Notes under the pieces: model-generated
Databases searched by the model: none
Told to the model about the DNA's origin: nothing
The model's input: the letters and a program-made list of their open reading frames with translations, nothing else
Shown here: positions 28,915 through 37,508 of the stretch, one piece after another
Numbering within the stretch: position 1 is the first letter of the stretch
Layout: every line of letters begins with the position of its first letter
Program-made: the position numbers and the translations under genes
Virus record (IMG/VR): IMGVR_UViG_3300032156_000001
Coordinates: 124,119-188,118 of that record
Origin: a virus
DNA length: 64,000 nt
Direction: 5' to 3' (one strand)

Positions 28915-31524
28915 ATGGCTGAAGGCTCGAGGATCTTCGGATCCGTCTCGTACAGGCAGCAACTTCCCGGGGAGTCGGACCCGTTCGCGTCCGGCTCCCT
29001 GTTCTTTTTCTTCGCGACCATAGACGACGCCTTTGCGCACGTCGGCGCCTACTCGCTGCGGCTGCCCGCCGGGCCGCTGATACCTGCCCAGGACCTCTAC
29101 CATCTCGGCTCGATCCCTTTCGGCGCGCGCCCGCTCGGCGGATACCCGGTCAAGTCGCGCGTGCTGGCGGCCTACAGTCCGCGGTTCAACACCGCCGTCA
29201 TCCTGGGCGCCGCGCCGCTCGGCCACGCCGACCCGCGCTTCGTGATCCCTGACTCGCTCGTCATGCGCCCGCGTGCGGGCCTGTGGGAGGACGCGGCGCA
29301 CAGCCTGCCGTTCAACGACCCGAACTGCGGCTTCGTGAACTCCAGCCTCGGCAGGCCCACGGACACGCTGCCCGGCGACTGGGGTTCCATCAATGACCTC
29401 GGCGTGGCGGTCGGCCTCGGCAGGTTCATGGCGTTCCTGAAGGCCAGCGACCTGGCCAAGGTGGAAGCGTTCTGGGGCGACGACCTGCTGCGCATCGTGG
29501 GCTACAACTACGAGCGGTTCACCGCCGGCGTGCACGAGCACGGCTGCAACGATGAGGGCGAGTACAGCGAGGTGATGCGGTCGACGCCGTACCCGTGGGA
29601 GGGGATGGGCGTCAAGGCCAAGGATTCCGACGCCGCCAAGGACGAGGACGACAGCGGCCTGAAGGCCGGCTCGGAGAAGGCCGCCAGGGAGCCGAAGGAG
29701 GACGACCAGCTTATCGTGCCGCGGCGGTTCCGCGCGCGCGGCTTCCTCGGCGACGTCGACCGCGACTGGGTCTGCCTGCCCGAGGACGACCTGGACGTGG
29801 AGAAGTACGACCGGCGGACCAAGTATTACGGCCTCCTGGAGGTCCACAGGGGGATCAACGGCTCGTATTCCGTGCGGTCGGCGAAGGAGATCACCCTCGA
29901 GAAGGTCATCCTCATCCCGGTGCCGAAGGAGCTGAAGGCGCCGGAGGACCCGACGGGCGATTCCGAGAAGAGCGGCTACGTCAACGCCGGCTGGGACGAG
30001 GACGTGCCGGAGTTCGAGTGGGGCGACGACACGCCCGACATCCGCGCGGCGCAGCTCTACGACTATCAGGCCTGGCTGATGGGCCGGTACACGTGCGTGG
30101 GCCTCTACAAGCACGAGAAGGACTGGTACTACCCGAACCCGTCCGAGCTGGACGGCATGGCCGACAGGGAGCTCATCGACCCGTCGAAGCTCCAGATGGA
30201 GTACAGGTTCCTGACCGACCTGCCCGCCTACGTCGAGAAGACCATCGATGGCAGGCCCGGCCACACGGTCCGCTACTACAAGTCCCGCTCCTGCATCAAG
30301 CAGCTCGACGACGGCGGGGTCCTGCTGGAGGACGGCTACGGCAGCCAGCTGCTCATGACGGGTGGCTCGATCTTCCTGAAGTGCGCCGGCGACGTGTGGC
30401 AGCTGCCCGGCCGCAACGCCGTGACGTGGGCCCCGCACGACGCCGTCCTGCGCGCCGGCAACAGCGCGGACATCTCGGCGGCGAAGAAGGACGTGCGGAT
30501 CAAGGCCGAGAAGAACCTCCACATGCTGGGCGGCAACAGCGGCAATGAGGGCGGCATCCTGCTGGAGAGCCGGTCGATCGGCAGCAACTCGCCCTCCGAC
30601 TTCGAGGCCGCGATCGGCGAGAAGGTGGTCAGCTACGGCATCGTCCTGATGTCGCGGAAGTCCGAGATAGACCTGATAGCGAAGGACATGTACCTGGGCC
30701 TGGCAACCGAGAACCCCGGCACGCTGGTGCTCGACTCCGACAAGGGGCAGTTCTACGGCCGCGGCTCCCGGATGGCGTTCAACGTGCAGGACCAATTCAC
30801 TGTCGCCGCCGGCGATCCCAAGCCCGAGAACGTCCTGATCCTGACGCCGGAGAACCTGATGGTCACTACGCCGGCGCAGTTCGGCGGGGCCGTCCTCATA
30901 GCGCCGGTGGACAACAACACGGCGTCGCTGGTCGTCGGCGGCCCGATGAGGGTGCATGAGATCCTGGAAGTCGGCGGCTCGGTCGTCACTAACACCGGGT
31001 TCGTGCAGCACGGCACCGACAATCACGTGTCGCCGATGCAGGATCCCGTCGACCTGGGCGAATCGCCGCAGGACATGGCCGCCGAACTGGAGACGTACCG
31101 CACGCAGGAGAAGGACGACATCGATACGCTGGAGCAGGACGTCAAGACCGACACGGAGAAGCCCGGCAACGAGCGCTTCCAGAAGAAGGTCGGCTTCTCG
31201 TGCCGCGACACCGTCGAGGACATCCGGCTGGACGAGGAGACGTTCAGGCTTTTCGAGGCGCGGTGGCAGCAGCTGCTGCGCCTTGGCGGGGGCGGCACCA
31301 AGACGTGGGACGAGCCGGTCGTGGAGGCCCCCACCGGCAAGCAGACGAGACCCCACCCCGGCCAGGAGGCCTGGGAGGACTGGTCGGCGTTCAAGACGGT
31401 CGAGAACGTGAACTACGATGTCGGCGGCGGGAAGCCCGACGACCGCGACGGCATGACGAAGGCGGGCCAGGCGCCCGACGGGAAGACGTTGAAGGCGGGG
31501 TACGCGATAACCGCCCAGGAGTGA
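28915..31524 (+). CDS. Baseplate hub/central spike (VgrG/gp5-like) protein
   Basis: 869 aa; OB-like N-terminus (VKSRVL); repetitive short beta strands (LLEDGYGSQLLMTGGSIFLKCAGDVW..., DVRIKAEKNLHM) typical of spike beta-helices. Confidence 0.55.
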   Translation: MAEGSRIFGSVSYRQQLPGESDPFASGSLFFFFATIDDAFAHVGAYSLRLPAGPLIPAQDLYHLGSIPFGARPLGGYPVKSRVLAAYSPRFNTAVILGAAPLGHADPRFVIPDSLVMRPRAGLWEDAAHSLPFNDPNCGFVNSSLGRPTDTLPGDWGSINDLGVAVGLGRFMAFLKASDLAKVEAFWGDDLLRIVGYNYERFTAGVHEHGCNDEGEYSEVMRSTPYPWEGMGVKAKDSDAAKDEDDSGLKAGSEKAAREPKEDDQLIVPRRFRARGFLGDVDRDWVCLPEDDLDVEKYDRRTKYYGLLEVHRGINGSYSVRSAKEITLEKVILIPVPKELKAPEDPTGDSEKSGYVNAGWDEDVPEFEWGDDTPDIRAAQLYDYQAWLMGRYTCVGLYKHEKDWYYPNPSELDGMADRELIDPSKLQMEYRFLTDLPAYVEKTIDGRPGHTVRYYKSRSCIKQLDDGGVLLEDGYGSQLLMTGGSIFLKCAGDVWQLPGRNAVTWAPHDAVLRAGNSADISAAKKDVRIKAEKNLHMLGGNSGNEGGILLESRSIGSNSPSDFEAAIGEKVVSYGIVLMSRKSEIDLIAKDMYLGLATENPGTLVLDSDKGQFYGRGSRMAFNVQDQFTVAAGDPKPENVLILTPENLMVTTPAQFGGAVLIAPVDNNTASLVVGGPMRVHEILEVGGSVVTNTGFVQHGTDNHVSPMQDPVDLGESPQDMAAELETYRTQEKDDIDTLEQDVKTDTEKPGNERFQKKVGFSCRDTVEDIRLDEETFRLFEARWQQLLRLGGGGTKTWDEPVVEAPTGKQTRPHPGQEAWEDWSAFKTVENVNYDVGGGKPDDRDGMTKAGQAPDGKTLKAGYAITAQE

Positions 31525-31548
31525 AAACAGTAACAGGGAGGATCAACG

Positions 31549-32178
31549 ATGGCACAGGGATTCACGCAGCCGGCGGCGGCGCCGCCGAAGATCGGGCCGA
31601 CTTTGGCGCCCGCGCAGGTCGATCCTGAGAAGAGGCGGGAGATCGAGGAGCTCGACGCGGTGGCGAAGGAGCTGAAGCAGCCCATCGAGGGCATCGGCGA
31701 CGCGCCCTCGCTGCCGCCGCAGGGGGGAACGGCGTATTCGGAGGAGGACAAGAAGTCCTTCGTGCGCGCCATCCTGGGCAGCCAGCCGTTCGCGAAGCCG
31801 TACACCCTGTTCGGCGGCATCAGGGTGACGTTCGTGGACGCGCCGGCGGAGGCGTACGGGATGCTGCCGACCGTCATTAAAGCCGACATGACCGCCGGGC
31901 TCGCGCCGAAGCTGGGGCAGGACGACGACGCGAACGAACTGGTCGCGCGCTACCTGGCGGCGCTGACCGTGCGCGACATCCTCGGCCCCAACGCCAAGCC
32001 GATCAAGGCGTTCAAGGAGCCCGACCTGACGAAGCTGAACGAGCGCGTCAAGGAGCTGCTGGAGCTGCCGCGCCCGCTGTTCCTGGCCGTCGTGAACGCG
32101 GCGATGGACTTCGACTCGCTCATAAACGGACTGGTCGAGCGGGCGGCCGTCGCAAATTTCTGGCAGACCGGTGGGTAG
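31549..32178 (+). CDS. Tail assembly chaperone (gpG-like)
   Basis: GGAGG SD; lies after tube/spike; ends just past an in-frame A AAT TTC slippery heptamer. Confidence 0.6.
   Translation: MAQGFTQPAAAPPKIGPTLAPAQVDPEKRREIEELDAVAKELKQPIEGIGDAPSLPPQGGTAYSEEDKKSFVRAILGSQPFAKPYTLFGGIRVTFVDAPAEAYGMLPTVIKADMTAGLAPKLGQDDDANELVARYLAALTVRDILGPNAKPIKAFKEPDLTKLNERVKELLELPRPLFLAVVNAAMDFDSLINGLVERAAVANFWQTGG
32154..32160 (+). other. Programmed -1 ribosomal frameshift heptamer A AAT TTC
   Basis: X XXY YYZ pattern in the correct phase, 5 sense codons before the TAG of 31549..32178; the -1 frame is open to 32684. Confidence 0.75.
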
Positions 32179-32684
32179 GCCTGGCGGTCGAGGCGGCCGC
32201 CAACGGCCGGCTTGATTTCTCCGCCGCCCGCCGGGACGATTGGGGTTGGGAGCTGAAGGAAGCGCTGGTCCTCGAGCGCGTAGACGCGGAGATATCGGCG
32301 CGCCTGGCCGAGGCGACGCACAGGTGGTACTGCGCGGCCGCGCAGCTGACGGGCTGGGATCCCGGCGAGGCGCAGTACGACCAGTACGCCGAACGCGCGG
32401 GGCAGACCTATCTCCGCCTGGGCCGCATCCTGGCCCCGTGGCGGGGCTGGCTCGGCAAGCGCGGCGGCCTGGCGGAACAGTGGCGTCTGTTCAAGGAGGC
32501 CGAGAAGGACCCGAAATATGCGGCCTGGCTGCGCGAGGAGCGCGCGCGGCTGCGGGAACTGGCCGCCGAGGCGGAAGCGAACAGGAAGAGCGAGGCGGAG
32601 TTCGTGAAGCGGCGGGCGGAGTGGCTGCTGAAGCGGGCTGAGCGAGACCGGGATAGGAGACGGCGGCATGGCGTCGGGTCCTGA
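32154..32684 (+). CDS. Frameshift extension (gpT part of a gpGT-like chaperone); not in the ORF track
   Basis: Manual translation of the -1 frame: KFLADRWVGLAVEAAANGRLDFS...AAWLREERARLRELAAEAE...RHGVGS*, 176 codons with GC3 bias and no evident own SD/start. Confidence 0.75.
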   Translation, partial: KFLADRWVGLAVEAAANGRLDFSAARRDDWGWELKEALVLERVDAEISARLAEATHRWYCAAAQLTGWDPGEAQYDQYAERAGQTYLRLGRILAPWRGWLGKRGGLAEQWRLFKEAEKDPKYAAWLREERARLRELAAEAEANRKSEAEFVKRRAEWLLKRAERDRDRRRRHGVGS

Positions 32685-33861
32685 CGTGCTGCGGAACAGG
32701 AAGGCGGCGCTGCAGCGCCAGGCGGCGGATGAGCCGGAAAGCCGCGTGGCCACGGCGCGCGCGCGCACGGTGCATCACAACCCCTTCGAGCAGATGCGCC
32801 AGATGACCCACGAGCTGGGCAGCTCCATAGACATCATGCGGAAGCTGCTCGGCAAGGACTGGGCCGGCGGCAAGCCGTCCCCGCCCCTGCACAGTGACAA
32901 ATCGACAGACCGTGTCATAACGACAAGACTGGGCCGTGGGCGCGTCGCGGCGGGCGTAACGCCCCAAGGGTTGGAGTCTCCTTACAGCGGCCTCGCCCGA
33001 GGCCGCCAGGGCCGCCAGGACGGGCTGATGAGGGACCGGCCTACCAGAGAGGCCTTCGCCACTTTGCTCGCGCCAGAGGCCTCAGAATCGAGTTCCGGCG
33101 TAGAGCGGCTGGTGACCGTGAGAGGCGCCGTACCGCACACGGAACTGCGTAAGGAGCCCGTTCCTGCACAACGAGCAGAACTGCCGACGGCCGCACGGGT
33201 GCAGCAGGTCATGAACGCCGACCTTCTGGCAAGGGGCACCTCGCCCACAGCGGCTAAGCTGGCCGGGCTGGTGAAGGAAGGCAAGCGGGAAGCGGTGGCT
33301 TCGATGCCGGCCAGCCAGACAGTTGCCAGGATCAAGGCGGAGCTGGGGCCGACGGCCGACAGGGCCTTGAAAGCGCCCAATGTGCAGCGCCTGGCCGCCG
33401 CGCGCGACTCACACCGTGACGCCATCCAGAGCCTGCTGACCGGGGCGGCGCGGAGCGGCAGGCTGAGGCTCGACGGCATGCCGTCTCCAGGGCCCGGTCG
33501 CCAGCCGGGGCCGGGCATTGAAACCGCCCTTGAACAACCCGGCGCGGAGGCCACGTCGGCGCTGCGCGGCAACGACGAGACGCACCTGGAAACGGCCAAG
33601 GCCGAACTGATGGAAAGGAGCGCGCCGTCGGGCCGGGCGTCGCTCAGGGAGCACACGGTGGCGACGGCGCGGGCGCAGCCGAAGGAAACGCCTGTGGAGG
33701 CGCCGGAGACGGAGCTGGCGCCCAACCGCGTCACGGCGTCGGCGGCCGCGCTGGCTAAACCGGAGCAGCGCAGGCGGGACGACGGGCCGGGTAAGATGAC
33801 CATAACGATTCGCAATCAGAACGGCCGGCAGCTGCTGACCGGCGACGCGGAGATGAGCTGA
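32668..33861 (+). CDS. Short tape-measure-like protein (by position)
   Basis: Directly follows the G/GT pair; TAGGAG SD; Ala/Arg-rich and helical with a terminal beta segment (GKMTITIRNQNG). Confidence 0.4.
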   Translation: MASGPDVLRNRKAALQRQAADEPESRVATARARTVHHNPFEQMRQMTHELGSSIDIMRKLLGKDWAGGKPSPPLHSDKSTDRVITTRLGRGRVAAGVTPQGLESPYSGLARGRQGRQDGLMRDRPTREAFATLLAPEASESSSGVERLVTVRGAVPHTELRKEPVPAQRAELPTAARVQQVMNADLLARGTSPTAAKLAGLVKEGKREAVASMPASQTVARIKAELGPTADRALKAPNVQRLAAARDSHRDAIQSLLTGAARSGRLRLDGMPSPGPGRQPGPGIETALEQPGAEATSALRGNDETHLETAKAELMERSAPSGRASLREHTVATARAQPKETPVEAPETELAPNRVTASAAALAKPEQRRRDDGPGKMTITIRNQNGRQLLTGDAEMS

Positions 33862-34328
33862 TGGCCGACATCTTCAATTCCGTGCCTGGCGTGATCGCCG
33901 TGCTGGAGGACGAGTTCATCATCCCCGGCCGCGTCCACGTCGAGGGTTTCGAGCCGGAGATGGCGCTCATCTCGGGCATCGACTACTCCCAGTTGACGGA
34001 CCATCAGTTCCAGACGTCGCTGGAGCGCAAAGTTTACATCTACGTGTTCGGCGACGCCATGGGGGAGGTCAGGGTCCACGGCTTGGCGTTCCCGGCGTTG
34101 TGCGACAATATCGGCGGCACGAACGGGCTGATCGAGGTTCTGGACTACTACAAGAACAACCGCGCGTCGGCGCAGCCGACGCCGGTCCAGGTGTTCATCG
34201 GCTCGGACGAGGAGGTCATAACCGGCTACCTGACCGCCGTGCAGATCAGGACGAAGGCGATAGCGGACGATCCTTCGTCCTTCTTCAGCGCGTGGACGAT
34301 GATGATCAACGCACTGCCGAGGACGTGA
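33861..34328 (+). CDS. Tube-like baseplate hub/tube initiator protein
   Basis: 155 aa; QFQTSLERKVYIYVFGD resembles the tube motif; TGATG coupling. Confidence 0.5.
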   Translation: MADIFNSVPGVIAVLEDEFIIPGRVHVEGFEPEMALISGIDYSQLTDHQFQTSLERKVYIYVFGDAMGEVRVHGLAFPALCDNIGGTNGLIEVLDYYKNNRASAQPTPVQVFIGSDEEVITGYLTAVQIRTKAIADDPSSFFSAWTMMINALPRT

Positions 34329-34329
34329 C

Positions 34330-35127
34330 ATGATAAACCACGGCCGGACGCTCCTTCTCAACCGTGACGGTGCCACCAGGCCGCCGCTAACGTTCTTCCT
34401 GGAGGAATACGTGCCGGCGGACTTCGGCGCGGTGGCGCTTCCGGGCGGGCTGGCGCTGGTGCACGGCCGGCTCATGCCGCCCGGCGCCGACGACGCTTTC
34501 GCCAACCTGATGATGCGCCTTTACATGCAGCTGCTCCATTCCAACGAGCTGGCGGACGACCTCCTGGCCCTGGACCCGAGGATCACCTACGACCTGAAGC
34601 GCACCGTCGTGGCGACCCGATCGCAGACGGCGTTCTGCCCGCTGACCGCCTCGGCGCGGCCGTACGAGCTGGACTTCGTCGGCGGCGTGGAGGCGTCGCT
34701 GCAGGCGCCGCAGCTGCGGACCGAGTGGATCCTGACGGCGGTCGGCGCGGACCGGGTGAAGGCGGTCCGCGTGTCCACCGGCGAGACCGCCTATACCGAC
34801 GTGACGATAACGGACGGCGAGACCAGCCCGATAGACCTGCCCGGCCAGCGCAACTACAAGGCCCGCGTCGGCGGGCTGCCGGGCGCGCTGCCGGTCGGCG
34901 CCGAGTGGTCTGCGCAGACGTTCGTCATCCCGCATATCGACGCCAGCGGCGTGCTGACGCGGCTGGACACGATGGGCAACGAGGCCCTCATCGACCTGTT
35001 CCCCAACCGTGAGCCGTACATCACTTACAAGAAGCTGTGGACCGACCACGTCTACGCCGAGTACAGGCTCGGCGGCGTCCTGCTCGCCTTCGTCTACCGC
35101 GCGGAGGAGGAGCGAACCGGTGGGTGA
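34330..35127 (+). CDS. Baseplate-region hypothetical protein
   Basis: Codon bias and position within the operon. Confidence 0.6.
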   Translation: MINHGRTLLLNRDGATRPPLTFFLEEYVPADFGAVALPGGLALVHGRLMPPGADDAFANLMMRLYMQLLHSNELADDLLALDPRITYDLKRTVVATRSQTAFCPLTASARPYELDFVGGVEASLQAPQLRTEWILTAVGADRVKAVRVSTGETAYTDVTITDGETSPIDLPGQRNYKARVGGLPGALPVGAEWSAQTFVIPHIDASGVLTRLDTMGNEALIDLFPNREPYITYKKLWTDHVYAEYRLGGVLLAFVYRAEEERTGG

Positions 35128-36763
35128 CCCGGTCCAGGCCTTCTACACGCGGGTCCGCGCGCGGGCTTATGTCGGCGGCGAGAAGATCCCAATCACCGGG
35201 TTCCAGGCATCGTACGTGCTGAACTCGGTGCCGGAGGTGACCGTCACCGTGCCGATCGGTAGGACCGGCGACGACTTCTCCGTGTCGGAGGCGGAGAACC
35301 TGGTTTCCGGGCTGTCGCCGTACACCACGCTCCGTGTCGAGCTGGAGGCGACGCCGGACCCGAACACCGGTTCCGCGCCGAGCGGCAAGGATCCCGGGTT
35401 TCCCAGCGGCGTCGTTGACGTGTTCGACGGCTTCATCTCCGAGGCGTCGTACACGCGCGACAGGGTAGCAAAGTCGGTCTCCGTCACGCTGCGCGGCTTC
35501 GGCAAGCTGGGCGCGCTGGGCGGCGCCACGCGCTTCGTGGACGGCCTGATGATAGGCGGCCAGCACAACGGCGAGGAGGTCCTCAACTCGAACATAGCGA
35601 AGCAGAGCATCGGCTTCGTGATATTCAAAACGCTGATGGCCAAGATGGAGTCCATACCGGAGGCCGTCTGGGAGAACGGGCTCAAGCCGCTGTTCAGCGA
35701 AATCATCGAGAAGGCCGCCGACGTCTTCTCGTCGTCCTTCGGGTTCAGGACGGGCGGCGGCGCCAGCTTCGCCAGGCAGGCGCTGGAGATGATCGACGCG
35801 GGCAACAACCGCTTCGACACCGACATGACCCTGCGGGCCGAGTACAACAGCCTGCCGGGCATAGAGAAGAGCATGGTCAGGCAGATGGCGCAGCACTTCT
35901 ACGGCTGGGTGTCGCGCGGCTACGGCGGCGATTCCAGCCTGCTGTCCTTCCTGTTCGAGGCGGCGCGCGCGTACCAGTTCGTGATAGTGCCGTGCGTGAA
36001 GGATGCAGCCACGGTGCCGCTCTTCTTCAACCTCGACGCCGAGCCGCCGGCCAGCCAAGTCATAGACCCGGACGAATACTGGACCGTCGAGTCGGAACCG
36101 GCGCCCGGCGGCCGGTCGCTGTTCTCGCCGGATTTCTGGGCCTTCGTCACGACGGTGGTGCTGACGTCTCCGTTCGACTTCAGCGAGGAGCGGATAGACA
36201 GCCCGATCGTCTGCAGGCCGGTGGGCGTCGGCACCGTGAACGGCAGGGGCCCGCTGATGGGCTACACCGGCCGGCTGATAGCCGAGCCGGCGCCGGCGTG
36301 GGTGCTGCCGTACTCGCCGGCGCCGGGGGGCACGGTCCTGCCGGGCATACCGGAAATGGGCGCGCTGAAACAGGGCATTCCGCCCGTGGATTCCCCTGGG
36401 GATGCCCTGAAGAGATTCTGGCGGTCGGGCCTTGGCGATGCCGTGGCGGACACGATGCTGCACTCCATCCTGTTCGAGCGGCGCGTGCGGCAGGTGACCG
36501 GCAGGCTGCGCCTGGACCTGGCCCCGGGCAGCCTCGTGAAGCTGAACACGGCGGGCGAGCTGTTCACCGGGATCACGAACACTTTCTACGGCATCGTCGG
36601 CGCCGTCAGCATCTCCGTCGTGGAGCACGGCGACCACGGCGTGGCGAACACCACACTCCTCCTGACGCACCTTCGTACGGAGGACGAGCACAAGGAACTG
36701 ACAATGCCGAGCCATCCGCTATATACTGGCGAATGGCTGGGCGGGAAGCTGATAGACTACTGA
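35120..36763 (+). CDS. Baseplate hub protein (gp27/gpD-like)
   Basis: GTG at 35120 after GGAGGAG; N-terminal beta barrel; C-terminal VTGRLRLDLAPGSLVKL motif typical of hub proteins. Confidence 0.55.
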   Translation: MGDPVQAFYTRVRARAYVGGEKIPITGFQASYVLNSVPEVTVTVPIGRTGDDFSVSEAENLVSGLSPYTTLRVELEATPDPNTGSAPSGKDPGFPSGVVDVFDGFISEASYTRDRVAKSVSVTLRGFGKLGALGGATRFVDGLMIGGQHNGEEVLNSNIAKQSIGFVIFKTLMAKMESIPEAVWENGLKPLFSEIIEKAADVFSSSFGFRTGGGASFARQALEMIDAGNNRFDTDMTLRAEYNSLPGIEKSMVRQMAQHFYGWVSRGYGGDSSLLSFLFEAARAYQFVIVPCVKDAATVPLFFNLDAEPPASQVIDPDEYWTVESEPAPGGRSLFSPDFWAFVTTVVLTSPFDFSEERIDSPIVCRPVGVGTVNGRGPLMGYTGRLIAEPAPAWVLPYSPAPGGTVLPGIPEMGALKQGIPPVDSPGDALKRFWRSGLGDAVADTMLHSILFERRVRQVTGRLRLDLAPGSLVKLNTAGELFTGITNTFYGIVGAVSISVVEHGDHGVANTTLLLTHLRTEDEHKELTMPSHPLYTGEWLGGKLIDY

Positions 36764-36764
36764 A

Positions 36765-36786
36765 GGTTTCCAAGGCCTTGGAAACC
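36765..36786. promoter_or_regulatory. Palindrome copy 3, extended to 22 bp (GGTTTCCAAGGCCTTGGAAACC), upstream of the sigma gene
   Basis: Intergenic; begins 2 nt after a stop codon; the 18-bp core ends 13 nt before ATG 36798. Confidence 0.65.
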
Positions 36787-36797
36787 CGGGGGACGCG

Positions 36798-37499
36798 ATG
36801 GAGCAGGCTTACGAGAAGTGGCGGAAGGCCCCGACGCAGGAGAACATGGCCGCGCTGCTGGACGCGGCCGACCCCGTCGTCGATTCGGCGCTGTCCGCGT
36901 ACGCGCGCGGGGACAAGGCGCTCAAGTCGCGCGCCAGGATCCTCGCCGCCGGCGCGTTCAAGACCTACGACCCGCAGAAGGGCACCAAGCTGCGGACCCA
37001 CGTCATGACGCAGCTGCAGCCCCTGTCGCGGGCGCACAGGGAGCGGACGGCGGTCGTCAGGACGCCGGAGCGGGTGGCTGCCGACTCGTACCGGCTGAGC
37101 CAGGCGCAGCAGGAGTTCGCGGACAGGCACGGCCGGGAGCCCAGCACCGCCGAGCTGGCCGACGCCTCCAACCTGTCGCTGAAGCGGATAGCGCACGTGC
37201 GCGGCTTCAAGGGCCCGCTGGCCGAGTCGTCGCTGACCGAGATGGAGGAGGACTCGCCGGCCACGTTCTACCCCGGCGTCCACAAGGAGGACCCGAGGAA
37301 GATCTGGCAGGAGTACGTCTACCACGACCTGGACCCGATCAACCAACAGATCCTGGAACGGAAGGCGGGCATGCATGGCAAGCCGGCGCTGTCGAACAAC
37401 GAGATCGCGGCCAAGCTGGGCGTGACGCCAGGCGCAGTGTCGCAGCGCAGCGCGGCCATAGCGGCCAAGCTGGCACAGGGCGAGGGCGTGGAGCTATAG
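36798..37499 (+). CDS. Sigma70-family (FliA/SigB-like) RNA polymerase sigma factor
   Basis: Region 2 YDPQKGTKLRTH..VVRTP; region 3 GREPSTAELADASNLSLKRI; region 4 HTH LSNNEIAAKLGVTPGAVSQ. No region 1. Confidence 0.82.
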   Translation: MEQAYEKWRKAPTQENMAALLDAADPVVDSALSAYARGDKALKSRARILAAGAFKTYDPQKGTKLRTHVMTQLQPLSRAHRERTAVVRTPERVAADSYRLSQAQQEFADRHGREPSTAELADASNLSLKRIAHVRGFKGPLAESSLTEMEEDSPATFYPGVHKEDPRKIWQEYVYHDLDPINQQILERKAGMHGKPALSNNEIAAKLGVTPGAVSQRSAAIAAKLAQGEGVEL

Positions 37500-37508
37500 G
37501 AGTCGCGG

